A DNA stretch of 64,000 nt from assembly GCA_044070495.1 (NCBI GenBank), contig JBIPSI010000024.1:19840-83839 (forward strand), in the 5' to 3' direction. Positions 45,733-57,459 of the stretch are shown in pieces. Position 1 is the stretch's first letter, and every line of letters starts with the position of its first letter. Source of the stretch: Spirulina sp. (lineage in GTDB: Bacteria; Cyanobacteriota; Cyanobacteriia; Phormidesmidales; Phormidesmidaceae). The position numbers and the translations under genes are program-made. The notes beneath the pieces are model-generated. The model ran no database searches. It saw only the letters and a program-made list of their open reading frames with translations, and was not told the DNA's origin.

Positions 45733-45939
45733 GGGATTACCTCTGTCTGGAGAGAACGAAAAAACGAGAAACCACAAGCGGGTTCGCTGACGTCGATGCC
45801 CGGAAAGCTACTATCAGTTTGCCCACCGGGGTGGGTCGTACGGTCACATCAACGTAAAACTTAGTAACCCAAGGAGGCCATTCGGACTAGTCCTTAGGGC
45901 ATCGAGAGGGTGTTTACAAGACGGCTGACGCCAGGCCGC

Positions 45940-47946
45940 CTATTCGGCAAAGCGAGGCGTGAGACAGTAGGGACAGTCTAGCCACTCCTGCTGAAGTTCG
46001 GCGCTACAGCAGCTACAGGTGAGGGAGGCCTTGCGCTTGGCCTTCAGTTCGGCCTCGAGTCCGGTGTCGGTGAAGGTCACCCGTTCTACCTCGTCTAGGG
46101 TGGTGTACCCCTGACGCACTAGGGAGAGGCTATAGGCCAGCAGGGTCTGCATCCCCTCCTCCACGGCAGCTTCCTTAATCACCTCCGTGGGTGCTCCCTC
46201 AGAAATCAACTTCTGGATGCGCTCGGTAACCCGCAGTACCTCATAGACCCCGACCCGACCCTTGTAGCCGCCCCCTTGGCAGGTGGGGCACAGGGTATTT
46301 TGGGCCCGGGCCTCGGAGATCTGCTCAACGGAGAGGGTGTTGGACTTGTAGAAGGTGACTTCGCCATCGGCGGAGGCGCTAAGACCAAAGTGGGCGAGTT
46401 CATCCACGGTAGGCTGGTAGGCAATGCGGCAGTCTCCGCAGACTCGCCGCAGCAGGCGCTGGGCCAGTACCCCAATCAGGGCGCTGGAGACCATGAAGGA
46501 CTCCACCCCCATTTCGTCGAGGCGGGCAATGGCCCCGGCGGCGTCGTTGGTGTGCAGGGTGGTGAGCACCATGTGCCCGGTCAGGGCGGCCTCGATGGCG
46601 GTTTTAGCGGTTTCTCGGTCGCGGGTTTCCCCCACCAGAATCACGTCCGGATCCTGGCGCAAAAAGGCCCGCAGGATAGCGGAAAAGTCCATGCCCTTTT
46701 CCCGAATCACCTGTACCTGGGTGAGGCCCTCCAGGGTATATTCAATCGGGTCTTCAGCGGTGCTGATGTTGATGCCGGGATCATTGCGTTCCGACAGCAC
46801 CGAATAGAGGGTGGTGGTTTTACCGGAACCCGTTGGCCCCGTTACCAGCAGCAGACCAAAGGGGCGGGCCGCCATTTCCTGCACAATTTTCAGGGAGGGG
46901 GGATCGGTGATCAGCTTGTCTAGCCCCAGTTGGGTAACGGAGTTATCCAGGATCCGCAGTACCACCTTTTCGCCGCAGCGACTGGGTAGGGTGTTGACCC
47001 GAAAGTCTACCTTGCGACCTTGAAATACCCGCCGAATCCGGCCATCCTGGGGCGCTCGACGCTCGGCGATGTCTAGATCGGAAATAATCTTGAAGCGAGC
47101 GGTTACCGCTGGGATGATTTTCTTTGGCATTCGGGGCAGGGCTTCCTTCAACACCCCGTCTTTGCGGAAGCGCACCCGCAGGTATTCCTCCTGGGGCTCG
47201 ATGTGAATATCGGAAACGCCCTCTTGCAGCGCCTTCACCAGAATTTTGTTGACCAGGGCAATCACCGGAGCCGCCCCTGCATCCTTGAGGGCTTCGCCGA
47301 GGTCGGCCTCTTCGTCGATGACGTCTTCTAGGTCGCCACCGCCGTAATCCAGTTCTTCAAGGCTGGTGCGCACGTCAACGGCGGCATCCAGTTCCTCCTT
47401 CTTCTGGCGGGCTACGGCCTCATCGAGGTAGGTGGAAATGATCCGCTGGAAGTCTTCAACGGTGATCACCATGCGCCGCAGGGCCAGGTTGCGGGGCCGC
47501 AGAATGCGGTTGAGGTCGTCCTGGGCCTCCAGGTTTTCGGGATCGACCATGGCCACCAGCACCGAGGGATGATCCCCATCGTCCTGGGACAGAGGCACTA
47601 ACCGATGGCGACGACACACATCCACGGAAATTAGGCTATCGATCAAGCCGCTGACCTGGGCCGCCGAAATATCGTTGAGCTCCGGATCGAGGGACTCGAC
47701 CCCGTAGAGAATTTTAAGCTCGAAGAGCTGCTGCTTTTTATACTGCCGCAGCAGTTCAGGGGAAAGCTGCTGTCCCGTCAACGACTCCAGCACATCGGTT
47801 AAGGCTTGCCCCGTCTTGCGGCTTTCAGCGAGAGCCTTTTGCATTTGCTCCGAGTCTACGTAGCCCGATTGGATCAGCTTATTGCCAAAGGGCGAAAAGC
47901 TCCGTTGAAGAACAAGTGCCCGTCGAGACGAAGAAGAGTTAGTCAT
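45940..47946 (-). CDS. pilB: Pilus assembly ATPase PilB with C-terminal Cys-rich tail
   Basis: SDIHIEP, PQDGR, GPTGSGKTTT and LRQDPD motifs; tail CSCC...CPYC. Confidence 0.95.
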   Translation of the reverse strand: MTNSSSSRRALVLQRSFSPFGNKLIQSGYVDSEQMQKALAESRKTGQALTDVLESLTGQQLSPELLRQYKKQQLFELKILYGVESLDPELNDISAAQVSGLIDSLISVDVCRRHRLVPLSQDDGDHPSVLVAMVDPENLEAQDDLNRILRPRNLALRRMVITVEDFQRIISTYLDEAVARQKKEELDAAVDVRTSLEELDYGGGDLEDVIDEEADLGEALKDAGAAPVIALVNKILVKALQEGVSDIHIEPQEEYLRVRFRKDGVLKEALPRMPKKIIPAVTARFKIISDLDIAERRAPQDGRIRRVFQGRKVDFRVNTLPSRCGEKVVLRILDNSVTQLGLDKLITDPPSLKIVQEMAARPFGLLLVTGPTGSGKTTTLYSVLSERNDPGINISTAEDPIEYTLEGLTQVQVIREKGMDFSAILRAFLRQDPDVILVGETRDRETAKTAIEAALTGHMVLTTLHTNDAAGAIARLDEMGVESFMVSSALIGVLAQRLLRRVCGDCRIAYQPTVDELAHFGLSASADGEVTFYKSNTLSVEQISEARAQNTLCPTCQGGGYKGRVGVYEVLRVTERIQKLISEGAPTEVIKEAAVEEGMQTLLAYSLSLVRQGYTTLDEVERVTFTDTGLEAELKAKRKASLTCSCCSAELQQEWLDCPYCLTPRFAE

Positions 47947-48485
47947 AGTGCCGATGCCAACACAGAGGAATTGCAAACATATCGATCAAAGGCGTCCCCG
48001 TTGCGACCGAACCAACGGCTACCGAGGTAGCAGCCCCAGGCCAGAACCGCCGTCAATCCCCTGGGAACAGAGCCGAGCCGCCAAGGGCACCGACGCTAAC
48101 CGTTCAGAGATATCAAGCCGATAGTGAAAAATAGCCAAACCTACACCCTCGTAGTCTCGATGATACTCCCATCCCTTTTATCTGCGCCACGACGGCTAAC
48201 CTGGAGAATGCTCCGCACTAGTTCCTAGCCCCAGGCCAGGGAGGATTCGCCGCCTAGAGGGCTTACTTTCCTATAAAGCCCTGACAACCGACCTATCCGC
48301 TCGGATTGTTACGTAACTTAAGCTAAGCCCCTGTCTAGGGGAATGGGGCCGCAGCGGGCCGCAGCCATGGAGCAGGTCTTAGCAGACTATGAAGGAAACT
48401 ATGCCGTTTGCGGTCTCCTTGAGTAAGATAAGCTTGAGCCTAGTACTGGGTTATGTTCATTAAGTAGTCAGGTTACGAGATTGGC

Positions 48486-49175
48486 ATGGTAGAGGAACAG
48501 CATCAAGCGGATATCCCTGAAGCGACGCCTGCCGCCGAGGGCGTGGAGGAACTCCATGAAGAGGACGCGGTCATCGATATTGATTTCGATCAGGCCCTCG
48601 ATGGCCTAGAGGCGGAACTCAAGGCTGAGGATTCTGTTGGGGAATCTGCGGTGGCCTCTGGAGTCGAGGTCGCTCGTCTTGAACAGCGGATTGCGGATCT
48701 TAAAGCCCAGCTTGAGGAGCAGTCGAACCAGGCCATTCGTATTGCGGCGGACTTTGAAAACTACCGCAAGCGCACGATGCGGGAAAAGGAAGAACTCGAC
48801 GCCCAAGTCAAGGGAAACACAATCATCGAACTACTGCCCGTCGTGGATAACTTTGAACGGGCCAGATCCCAGATTAAGCCCCAAACCGAAGCCGAGATGA
48901 CCATCCACAAGAGTTATCAAAGCGTCTACAAACAACTGGTGGACTCGCTCAAACGGCTCGGTGTCTCGGTGTTGCGGGCGGAGGGCCAAGCCTTTGATCC
49001 CCAACTCCACGAAGCAGTGATGCGAGAGCCCACCGCCGATCACCCCGAAGGTACTGTGATTGAGGAGTTCGTGCGGGGCTATCAACTAGGGGATCGGGTG
49101 CTGCGGTATGCCATGGTGAAAGTCGCGGCTCCGCCAGAGGAGGATAGCGCCACCGATCCAGAGATGGCCGAGTAG
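48486..49175 (+). CDS. grpE: Nucleotide exchange factor GrpE
   Basis: [20 protein letters not shown] and FDPQLHEAV motifs. Confidence 0.96.
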   Translation: MVEEQHQADIPEATPAAEGVEELHEEDAVIDIDFDQALDGLEAELKAEDSVGESAVASGVEVARLEQRIADLKAQLEEQSNQAIRIAADFENYRKRTMREKEELDAQVKGNTIIELLPVVDNFERARSQIKPQTEAEMTIHKSYQSVYKQLVDSLKRLGVSVLRAEGQAFDPQLHEAVMREPTADHPEGTVIEEFVRGYQLGDRVLRYAMVKVAAPPEEDSATDPEMAE

Positions 49176-49372
49176 GGGATCACTGGAAGCTAAGGGTTAA
49201 GGGGCCAATGCCATCCACCTCGTCCACGATTGCGATGAGATTTGCCTAAGGACGATATTTTTTCAACCCAAGGGGGGCACGTTAAATAAGAGTTGGCCAG
49301 AGTCAAGTTCACCTTAGATGACACGCTAGCCAACCAGGAGCCACGCAGTCACTTTGTTCAACACCACGGGCT

Positions 49373-51319
49373 ATGGGAAAAGTAATCGGCATCGATCTAG
49401 GGACGACGAATAGCTGTGTTGCCGTCCTTGAAGGCGGCAAGCCAGTGGTCATTACCAGCACCGAAGGGGGGCGAACCGTGCCCAGTATGGTGGGGTTTGG
49501 CAAGGGCGGCGAACGGCTGGTGGGTCAACTGGCCAAGCGGCAGGCGGTGACCAATGCCGAAAACACGGTCTACAGCATCAAACGCTTTATCGGGCGACGC
49601 TGGGACGACACCGTGGCCGAGCGCAGCCGCGTCCCCTATGCCTGCGTTAGCGGTCGGGATCAAACCGTGGATGTGCAAATTCGCGGCAAGACCTACACGC
49701 CCCAGGAAATCTCGGCCATGATCCTGCAAAAGCTGAAGCAGGACGCCGAAGCCTACCTGGGCACCGAGGTTACCCAAGCGGTGATTACCGTCCCGGCCTA
49801 CTTTACCGATGCCCAGCGTCAGGCCACCAAGGATGCGGGCACTATTGCTGGCCTAGAGGTGCTGCGGATTATTAACGAGCCCACCGCCGCCGCCCTGTCC
49901 TACGGCTTGGATAAGCAGGATCAAGATCAAACGGTCTTGGTGTTCGACCTTGGGGGCGGCACCTTTGATGTCTCCATTCTTCAGTTGGGGGATGGGGTAT
50001 TTGAGGTGAAGGCTACGGCAGGCAACAACCACCTGGGCGGCGATGACTTCGATAACTGCATTGTCGATTGGCTGCTAGAGTCCTTCCGCAGTCAGGAGGG
50101 CATCGATCTCTCTACCGACCGTATGGCCCTCCAGCGCATCCGTGAAGCCGCCGAGAAGGCCAAAATCGAGTTGTCTAACATGGCCTCCACCTCCATCAAC
50201 CTGCCCTTCATCACGGCGGATGAAACGGGACCAAAACACCTAGAGATGGGCCTGAACCGATCCCAGTTTGAGCAGCTTGCCGCTGACCTAGTGAAGTCTA
50301 CCCTAGAGCCTGTTAAACAGGCCCTCAAGGATGCGGATCTGCCCCCGGAGGGCATTGATCGCATCTTGCTGGTGGGGGGGTCTACCCGGATTCCGGCGGT
50401 GCAGCAGGCCATCAGTCAGTATTTCAACGGCAAGCCCCCCGACCGCTCCGTCAACCCCGATGAAGCGGTGGCCCTAGGGGCCTCGATCCAGGCGGGCGTG
50501 CTGGGCGGCGAGGTGAAAGACCTGCTGCTGTTAGACGTGACCCCCCTATCTCTGGGCATTGAGACCCTAGGGGAAGTGTTCACGAAGGTGATTGAGCGCA
50601 ACACCACCATTCCCACCAGCAAATCCCAAACCTTCTCCACCGCCACCGATGGCCAAACCTCCGTAGAAATCCACGTCCTCCAGGGCGAACGGGCCATGGC
50701 CAAGGACAACAAAAGCCTAGGCAAGTTCCAGCTCACGGGCATTCCTCCCGCCCCCCGTGGGGTACCTCAAATCGAGGTGTCCTTCGAGATTGATGCCGAC
50801 GGCATTTTGCAGGTCTCCGCCCTCGATAAGGGCACCGGGCGGGCCCAGAGCATTCGGATTACCAACACCGGTGGCCTCAGTGCCAGCGAGGTGGAACGGA
50901 TGCGCCAGGATGCCGAAGTCTTTGCCGACGAAGATACCCGTCGTCGCCAGGTCGCTGAAATTGCCAACCAAGCCGACAACCTGTTCTACAGCTACGAAGC
51001 CACCCTGCGCGACCACGGGGTCGGCATGGATGAGGGGTCTCGTGCTGACCTAGAAACCAAGGCGGCTCGCCTGCGCCAGGCAGTCAACAATCCCGCCATT
51101 CAGCCCTCGGAGCTACAAACCTGCCTCGACCAACTCCAGGCGGCTCTCTTTGCCATTGGCTCCAGCCTCTACAGCGAAAGCGCCACCGAAGGCGGAGGCA
51201 TGGACTTTGCGGGCTACGACCTCGGTGAAGATAGCGACCCTAACGATGGCGTTGCCGCTACAGACTACGATGACGACCTCGACGCCACGGTTACCGCTGA
51301 CTACGAGGCGATTGACTAA
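49373..51319 (+). CDS. dnaK: Chaperone DnaK (grpE-linked paralog)
   Basis: [23 protein letters not shown] and [11 protein letters not shown] motifs. Confidence 0.97.
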   Translation: MGKVIGIDLGTTNSCVAVLEGGKPVVITSTEGGRTVPSMVGFGKGGERLVGQLAKRQAVTNAENTVYSIKRFIGRRWDDTVAERSRVPYACVSGRDQTVDVQIRGKTYTPQEISAMILQKLKQDAEAYLGTEVTQAVITVPAYFTDAQRQATKDAGTIAGLEVLRIINEPTAAALSYGLDKQDQDQTVLVFDLGGGTFDVSILQLGDGVFEVKATAGNNHLGGDDFDNCIVDWLLESFRSQEGIDLSTDRMALQRIREAAEKAKIELSNMASTSINLPFITADETGPKHLEMGLNRSQFEQLAADLVKSTLEPVKQALKDADLPPEGIDRILLVGGSTRIPAVQQAISQYFNGKPPDRSVNPDEAVALGASIQAGVLGGEVKDLLLLDVTPLSLGIETLGEVFTKVIERNTTIPTSKSQTFSTATDGQTSVEIHVLQGERAMAKDNKSLGKFQLTGIPPAPRGVPQIEVSFEIDADGILQVSALDKGTGRAQSIRITNTGGLSASEVERMRQDAEVFADEDTRRRQVAEIANQADNLFYSYEATLRDHGVGMDEGSRADLETKAARLRQAVNNPAIQPSELQTCLDQLQAALFAIGSSLYSESATEGGGMDFAGYDLGEDSDPNDGVAATDYDDDLDATVTADYEAID

Positions 51320-51346
51320 TTGACTAGGCGATTGCCCAGCGAGTAA

Positions 51347-51378
51347 CGAACGGATGGCGAACGGATGGCGAACGGATG
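51347..51378. repeat. 11-bp tandem repeat (CGAACGGATGG) in about 3 copies
   Basis: Seen directly between dnaK and dnaJ. Confidence 0.8.
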
Positions 51379-51522
51379 CAGGCCCGACTGAGCCGAGGGG
51401 TCAAGGTCGAGTGGAGAAAGGCACGGTTCCTAGGGCGGGTATCCCACCTAGGCAAGGCGGTCAAAGCTGCCTAAGATGGTGCAGACTTGGATATGTTGCT
51501 GGAGTTGTCTAGGTAGCCCCCT

Positions 51523-52647
51523 ATGGCCCGTGATTACTACGATCTGCTTGGTGTTTCGCGCAGTGCTGATCAAGACGAGATTAAGCGCGCCTACCGCCGT
51601 TTAGCCCGCAAATATCACCCAGACGTTAACAAAGATCCCGGTGCCGAGGAAACCTTTAAGGAAATTAACCGGGCCTACGAGGTGCTGTCCGAGCCAGAGG
51701 TGCGGGCCCGCTACGACCGTTTTGGCGAAGCCGGGGTGGGCAGTGCTGCCGGGGCAGGCTACCAAGACTTTGGCGACATGGGTGGCTTTGCCGACATCTT
51801 TGAGAGTTTCTTCAGCGGTTTTTCTGGCGGCATGGGCCAGGGGCCGCGTCGTCGTAGCCCCAGCCGGGGGGATGACCTGCGCCTTGACCTCAAGCTAGAC
51901 TTTAAAGAGGCGGTGTTTGGGGGCGAAAAGGAAATTAAAATCAGCCACCTAGAAACCTGCGGCACCTGTAGCGGCAGTGGGGCCAAACCGGGTACCCGCC
52001 CCACCACCTGCGGCACCTGTAGCGGCAGCGGACAGGTACGACGGGCCACCCGTACCCCCTTTGGCAGCTTTACCCAAGTCGCGGCCTGCCCCACCTGTGG
52101 CGGCACGGGCGAGGTGATTGAAGACCGCTGCGAAGTCTGCGGGGGCAGCGGCCAAACCCAGGAAACCAAGAAGCTAAAAATTACCGTACCCGCTGGTGTA
52201 GATAATGGCACCCGCCTGCGGGTTTCCGGGGAGGGCGATGCCGGAATGCGCGGTGGCCCCGCCGGAGATTTGTACGTCTATCTGTTTGTGAGCGAAGATA
52301 CCGCCTTCAAACGCGACGGCATTCATATCCTGTCCGATCTGCGGGTCAGCTACCTCCAGGCCATCCTGGGCTGCAAGCTTCAGGTCGAAACCGTGGATGG
52401 CCCGGTGGAACTGGAGATTCCCGCTGGCACCCAACCGGGCACCGTGCTCACCCTAGAGGGTCGCGGGGTGCCGAAGCTGGGTAATCCGGTCAGCCGAGGT
52501 AACCACCTGATCACCATTCAGGTGGACATTCCCACCCGCCTCAAGCCAGAAGAGCGAGAACTAATTGAGAAACTGGCGGAAATTCGCGGGGACAAGGTAA
52601 ACCGGGGTGGCATTGAAGGCTTTTTAGGGGGGTTGTTTCGCGGATGA
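51523..52647 (+). CDS. dnaJ: Chaperone DnaJ (class A)
   Basis: J-domain HPD, G/F region, four CxxCxGxG motifs. Confidence 0.97.
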   Translation: MARDYYDLLGVSRSADQDEIKRAYRRLARKYHPDVNKDPGAEETFKEINRAYEVLSEPEVRARYDRFGEAGVGSAAGAGYQDFGDMGGFADIFESFFSGFSGGMGQGPRRRSPSRGDDLRLDLKLDFKEAVFGGEKEIKISHLETCGTCSGSGAKPGTRPTTCGTCSGSGQVRRATRTPFGSFTQVAACPTCGGTGEVIEDRCEVCGGSGQTQETKKLKITVPAGVDNGTRLRVSGEGDAGMRGGPAGDLYVYLFVSEDTAFKRDGIHILSDLRVSYLQAILGCKLQVETVDGPVELEIPAGTQPGTVLTLEGRGVPKLGNPVSRGNHLITIQVDIPTRLKPEERELIEKLAEIRGDKVNRGGIEGFLGGLFRG

Positions 52648-52910
52648 GTAGCCTTGATACGCCGTCTATGGTGTCTTCCCAGGAACCGGATCACTCCCTT
52701 GATTTGCGGGGTACGCCCTGTCCGATCAACTTTGTCCGCACCAAGCTCCAGCTCGAAAAAATGGTGCCAGGTTCCTTGCTAGAGGTGTGGCTAGACGCGG
52801 GTGAACCCGTAGAGCAGGTGCCCGACAGCCTCCGCATGGAGGGTTACGCCATTGAAGTCCTGCAAGACTGCGGTGACTACTGCGTGCTTCAAGTTCGACG
52901 ACCCGCATGA
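52644..52910 (+). CDS. TusA/SirA-family sulfur carrier
   Basis: [17 protein letters not shown] motif; start overlaps the dnaJ stop (ATGA). Confidence 0.88.
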   Translation: MSSLDTPSMVSSQEPDHSLDLRGTPCPINFVRTKLQLEKMVPGSLLEVWLDAGEPVEQVPDSLRMEGYAIEVLQDCGDYCVLQVRRPA

Positions 52911-52937
52911 GGCGTTCGTTACGGTCATCCTCTGTCC

Positions 52938-54071
52938 ATGAGTGAGTCTTTCTCTGCCCCCCATGATCCCACCGCTCATTGGGGAGTGGTTACCGCTGTG
53001 CAGGCCAACTACTACTGGGTAACCCTGGATGCAGCGGCGGATCAGAGGCCACCGCCTTCCCCCATTTTGTTATGCATCCGTCGGGCGCGGCTGAAGAAGA
53101 CTGGTCAGCGGGTGATGGTGGGCGACCGGGTACAGGTGGTGGATCCCGACTGGGAGGGGCAGCGGGGGGCCATTGCCGCTGTCGCTCCACGCAAGACCGT
53201 TTTGGATCGCCCCCCCATGGCCAATGCCGATCAACTTCTCCTGGTGTTTGCCCTGGCGGAACCGGATCTCGACCCGCACCAGCTCAGTCGCTTCTTGGTG
53301 AAGGCGGAATCTACGGGGCTAGAGGTGCTGCTGTGCCTCAATAAGCAGGATTTGGTCACGGAGCAGACCCGTCGCTATTGGCAGCAGCGCCTCGACCAGT
53401 GGGGCTACCATCCCCTACTGATTAGCCTCCATCAGGGGGAAACCTGGACTGACCTCTATCCTCGTCTCCAGGGGCGGATCACCGTGGTTTCTGGCCCCTC
53501 CGGGGTGGGGAAATCGAGTTTGATTAACCGTCTTGTGCCAGAGGCTCACCTGCGTACCAGTGCGGTGTCCGGTAAGCTGGGACGGGGCCGCCACACGACC
53601 CGCCACGTAGAACTGTTTGCCTTGCCCCAGGGTGGATTACTGGCAGACACCCCCGGCTTTAACCAGCCCGACCTTCCCCCCGACCCCGCCGACCTAGGCC
53701 ATTACTTTCCGGAAATTCGGCGGCGGCTGGCCCAAAGCCCTTGCCAATTCAAGGACTGCCTTCACCGTGATGAACCGGGCTGTGCGGTAGGTACCGACTG
53801 GGATCGCTACGAGTTGTATCATGCCATGGTGGCTGAGGCTGAAGCTTACCAGGCGTCCCACCTGTCCTCCAGATCTGGCCAGGCGGCGCTGAAGCGTAAG
53901 GTTGGGGAAAAGGGCCAAGTGCAGCAAGAACCCATGCTCCAGGCCAAAAAGTATCGTCGGGTTTCCCGTCGTCGCCAACGACAAACCCTGGAAGACCTCC
54001 ACTACACCACCCCCGATGCGGTCATAGATTTAGAAGCTCTCGACGACGATAGCGGTGACGTCTATCCGTGA
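52938..54071 (+). CDS. rsgA: Ribosome small subunit-dependent GTPase RsgA
   Basis: NKQD, GPSGVGKSS, GRHTT, DTPGF and CQFKDCLH.DEPGC motifs. Confidence 0.95.
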   Translation: MSESFSAPHDPTAHWGVVTAVQANYYWVTLDAAADQRPPPSPILLCIRRARLKKTGQRVMVGDRVQVVDPDWEGQRGAIAAVAPRKTVLDRPPMANADQLLLVFALAEPDLDPHQLSRFLVKAESTGLEVLLCLNKQDLVTEQTRRYWQQRLDQWGYHPLLISLHQGETWTDLYPRLQGRITVVSGPSGVGKSSLINRLVPEAHLRTSAVSGKLGRGRHTTRHVELFALPQGGLLADTPGFNQPDLPPDPADLGHYFPEIRRRLAQSPCQFKDCLHRDEPGCAVGTDWDRYELYHAMVAEAEAYQASHLSSRSGQAALKRKVGEKGQVQQEPMLQAKKYRRVSRRRQRQTLEDLHYTTPDAVIDLEALDDDSGDVYP

Positions 54072-54080
54072 TGCTTGGGA

Positions 54081-54533
54081 TTAGGCGTAGGTCTTGTGTA
54101 GGTGAAGGCAGTTGCCCTGATCGCTGGGGTGGTAGCTGAGCTGATCGGCCACCAAGTACATGATTTTGAGACCTCGCCCCCCCTCATCGTGGGGGCTGTG
54201 GGTTGTGAGTTTGGTCTTTAAAACCCTGTTGAGATCGAACCCTGGGCCCTGATCCCAAATGCGAATATCGACGGCGCAGTGGGAAATACTCACTTCAATG
54301 GTGACGGGGGTGGCTTCTGGCAGACCAGCGTGGGCATGGCGAACGGCGTTGGTGAAGCCCTCAATTAAGGCCAATTGACATTGCAGCCAAAGGGCATGGG
54401 GGATGGGGGCCGTCTGAAATTGATCAAACCAGGCCAACACCGATTTCAAGGCGGTGGGATCGGTGGCAGTTTGGATTCGGCTGGTTTGGTGGTAGCTCAA
54501 GTCGGTTTCTGGTGCCGCGATGTCTTCTTGCAT
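54081..54533 (-). CDS. Anti-sigma factor-type (RsbW-like) HATPase protein
   Basis: EGFTNAVRHA, DQGPGF and EGGRGL motifs. Confidence 0.88.
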   Translation of the reverse strand: MQEDIAAPETDLSYHQTSRIQTATDPTALKSVLAWFDQFQTAPIPHALWLQCQLALIEGFTNAVRHAHAGLPEATPVTIEVSISHCAVDIRIWDQGPGFDLNRVLKTKLTTHSPHDEGGRGLKIMYLVADQLSYHPSDQGNCLHLHKTYA

Positions 54534-54655
54534 GATAGGCCCAACCTACGTTTGGCGATGGCCACACCCTTAAGAGAGTGTAATCCCTCCGAGCCATTCT
54601 CTATCGTTTCCCTAGGGGTTCCCGTCGTTTCTCTGCACCATCCTCCCCCATCCGC

Positions 54656-55966
54656 CTATCGTTCCATGGCATCGATGGTCTTGGGCACAGCGGCAGTGAG
54701 CACCTCGTGGCCCGTTTCGGTGACCAGTACGTCGTCTTCAATGCGAATGCCAATCCCCCGCCAGCGATCCTCGATTTGGGGCTGGCCCTCGGCGGGTTCG
54801 TAGTAGGGGGAAATGTAAATCCCCGGCTCCACCGTCACCACGTTGCCTGCCTCAAAGGGTTTCCAGGTTTTGTCGGGGTTGCGAAGAATACCCGCATCAT
54901 GGACATCCAGCCCCAGAAAATGCCCGGTGCCGTGCATGAAAAAGGCCTTGTGCTTTTTCTCTTCGATCAGGGTGTCCACATCGCCCACCAGCAGGCCCAG
55001 TTCCACCATGCCCTCGGTGAGGGTGCGGGTGGCGGCATCGTGGAATTCATTAAAAGGCGCACCGGGTTTGACGGCGGCGATGGCCTTGAGTTGGGCCTCT
55101 AGCACCAGTGCGTACAGAATCCGCTGCTCGGCGGTGAACTGGCCCCCCACCGGGAAGGTGCGAGTGATATCGGCATTGTAGTAGTCGTAGGCGCAGCCCG
55201 CGTCGATCAGGAGCAGGTCGCCCGCCTGCATTTGGCGGTTGTTTTCGATGTAGTGCAAAATGCAGGCATTGTCGCCGGAGGCCACGATGGAGGGATAGGC
55301 GGTGCCCATCGCCCCCTCTAGGCGAAAAATATGCTCCATTTCCGCCTGAATTTCGTACTCGTAGCGACCGGGGGCGGCTATCTCGCGAGCGTGGTTGTGG
55401 GCCTTGGCGGCAATGGCGATGGCCCTTCGCAGGCGATCCAGTTCGTCGCTGTCTTTGACCCGCCGCAGGGTTTGCATCAGCAGTCCGGCATCCTCGATGG
55501 CGACGGGGCCTGTGCCGCGCTTGGGGTAGGTGGCCAAGAGGCGCTGCCAGTAGCGTAGAATTCGGTCGTTGAGGCGCTGGTCGTGGCCAAAGTGATAGTA
55601 GAGCCGATCCGCTTTTTCCAAATACTTGGGCAGGTGCTCGTCCAAGTCAGCAATGGGGTAAACCTCATCGGCCCCGTAGCGTTCCTTGGCCAGGTCTACC
55701 CCCACTCGATAGCCCGACCAAATCTCCTTTTCTAAGTCCTTTGGCCGCACAAACAGCACAAAGCGATGCTCCTCATGGTGAGGGGCCAGCACCGCTACGG
55801 CCTCCGGTTCGTTGAATCCAGTCAGGTAATAGAAGTTGCTGTCTTGGCGGAAGGGATGCTCAACATCGTTGTGCATCACCGCTGGGGGGGCACTAGCAAA
55901 AACAGCGGTGCCACCGCCAATCAAGTCCATCACACGCTGGCGACGCTGGGCGTAAAGATCAACCAT
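54656..55966 (-). CDS. pepP: Xaa-Pro aminopeptidase
   Basis: FRQDSNFYYLTG, ILHY, DITRT, HFLGLDVHD, EPGIY and RIEDD motifs. Confidence 0.93.
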   Translation of the reverse strand: MVDLYAQRRQRVMDLIGGGTAVFASAPPAVMHNDVEHPFRQDSNFYYLTGFNEPEAVAVLAPHHEEHRFVLFVRPKDLEKEIWSGYRVGVDLAKERYGADEVYPIADLDEHLPKYLEKADRLYYHFGHDQRLNDRILRYWQRLLATYPKRGTGPVAIEDAGLLMQTLRRVKDSDELDRLRRAIAIAAKAHNHAREIAAPGRYEYEIQAEMEHIFRLEGAMGTAYPSIVASGDNACILHYIENNRQMQAGDLLLIDAGCAYDYYNADITRTFPVGGQFTAEQRILYALVLEAQLKAIAAVKPGAPFNEFHDAATRTLTEGMVELGLLVGDVDTLIEEKKHKAFFMHGTGHFLGLDVHDAGILRNPDKTWKPFEAGNVVTVEPGIYISPYYEPAEGQPQIEDRWRGIGIRIEDDVLVTETGHEVLTAAVPKTIDAMER

Positions 55967-56146
55967 GGGAACGTCGATTACTGGGGCAGAACACTTATCA
56001 GAACACTTAGCTAGACAATTACTAGGCTAAAGCTAAATTACATCGACTGGGGAACGGGATGTGTGCCAAACACCACGCACCGCTCGTTTGATGCCCACTG
56101 AGCCAGGAACCAGATGGCTCGTTTGGCTTGTTAACAACAGTGGAAA

Positions 56147-56257
56147 TCCCCCTAAATCCCCCTTAAAAAGGGGAACTTTGAATCCAGATCTCCCTCTTTT
56201 TAAGTCAAACGGGACTTTGAATCCAGATCTCCCTTTTGAAGGGGGGTAGGAGGGATC
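56147..56257. repeat. CCCCCTAAATCCCCCTTAAAAAGGGG-family repeat with an internal duplicated ACTTTGAATCCAGATCTCCCT
   Basis: Same family as the inner repeat at 32651-32725. Confidence 0.75.
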
Positions 56258-56308
56258 CACCCCCGAAACAATGCGGGTTGGGAACTGGTGGCTCAGCGGT
56301 GGAAGGCC

Positions 56309-57085
56309 CTAGGCCAGGGGGTATTGATACACCTGAATCCGCATTCCCTCATTCGGCAGGTCGCTGGGGCGAATGGAAAGGCTTCCCTGGGGTGCACGGG
56401 TAATGGGAACGCCCTGCATCAGCGCGAGAAAATCATCGAGGGGTTTGAGGTCGCAGGTGTCATTAGCGGCGGTTGTGAGGTAGTGGGTGGGGATGACCAC
56501 CTTGGGTCGCAGCACTTGAATCGCCTGCATTGCCTCTTCGGGGGTATAGGCCTTGGGGCCACCGCCCACGGGCACCAGCAACACATCGGGCCGACCCAGC
56601 AAAATTTGCTCTTCCACCCGCAGCGGAGCTGCGGCTCCACCCATGTGTACCACCGTGATCCCAGCCTGAGTCCATCGCCAAACGGTGTTGTTGCCAAAGC
56701 GTCGTCCACCTTCCCGGTCGTGGGGGGTAGTCACCCCCTGAATGCGTAGGTTTTCAAAGTCGTAGACCCCTGGCTCTGTGAGGACTCTGGGATTACCCGG
56801 CAGTTCATTCAGGTAGCCTTCATCAAACAGGCGGCTGCTCACCATAACAATATCGGCGGGTTGGGCCGGGGAGGGAAACCCCGCTGTGCAGCCAATGCGA
56901 CGAAAGGGATTGACCAAAATACGCTGCCCCCCGCCCGTGAACAGAAACGCCGTGTGCCCTAGGCTGCGCAGCGTCAGCCGATCCGTCGATTGCGCTTGGA
57001 CAGCATGGCGACTGGCCACCAGTTCCATGCCTAGGGTGGCCATCAATCCAGATCCTGCATAGCCCAGTAGTTTTCGCCGCTTCAT
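56309..57085 (-). CDS. MBL-fold protein with a Tat-like signal
   Basis: MKRRKLLG...AVQA signal; LGHTAFLF, PHDREGG, LLVPVGG and IPTHY motifs. Confidence 0.8.
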   Translation of the reverse strand: MKRRKLLGYAGSGLMATLGMELVASRHAVQAQSTDRLTLRSLGHTAFLFTGGGQRILVNPFRRIGCTAGFPSPAQPADIVMVSSRLFDEGYLNELPGNPRVLTEPGVYDFENLRIQGVTTPHDREGGRRFGNNTVWRWTQAGITVVHMGGAAAPLRVEEQILLGRPDVLLVPVGGGPKAYTPEEAMQAIQVLRPKVVIPTHYLTTAANDTCDLKPLDDFLALMQGVPITRAPQGSLSIRPSDLPNEGMRIQVYQYPLA

Positions 57086-57459
57086 GGCTGATGTTCTCTC
57101 CCACACTGCATTAGGTCGCCCTAGATAGTTTAGTCTAGACTGGCCACTACCACCGTGCGGCTGCCCCCTAGCCAGTTTTCGCCACTGGATCAGTTTTCTA
57201 CCTATTGCCAGCAACCTGAAAAGGGCAAGAAAGGCATATCTCACCATGCCAACAACCGACGGGGAGCCATTGCGAACCATCACGCTGAACAATTTGTGTC
57301 ATCCAAGCCACCGTAGGGTGGGCAGTGCCCACCATGAAAGGGAGAACGTTTTCCAGAAATCTCCTAAGGACGTATCTCGTCATTCCAACGATCATGATGG
57401 GTAGTCATGGCGGACAATGCCGCTGAACGAGTCATTTCATTAAAGTTAGGACAGCATTT

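Noticed and set aside
51954..52030. Exact nucleotide repeat of about 22 bp inside dnaJ
   Set aside because: It encodes two of the standard CxxCxGxG zinc-finger repeats.
43321..54071. pilBTC divergent from grpE-dnaK-dnaJ-tusA-rsgA as a novel system
   Set aside because: This arrangement and the PilB Cys-rich tail are familiar in cyanobacteria.
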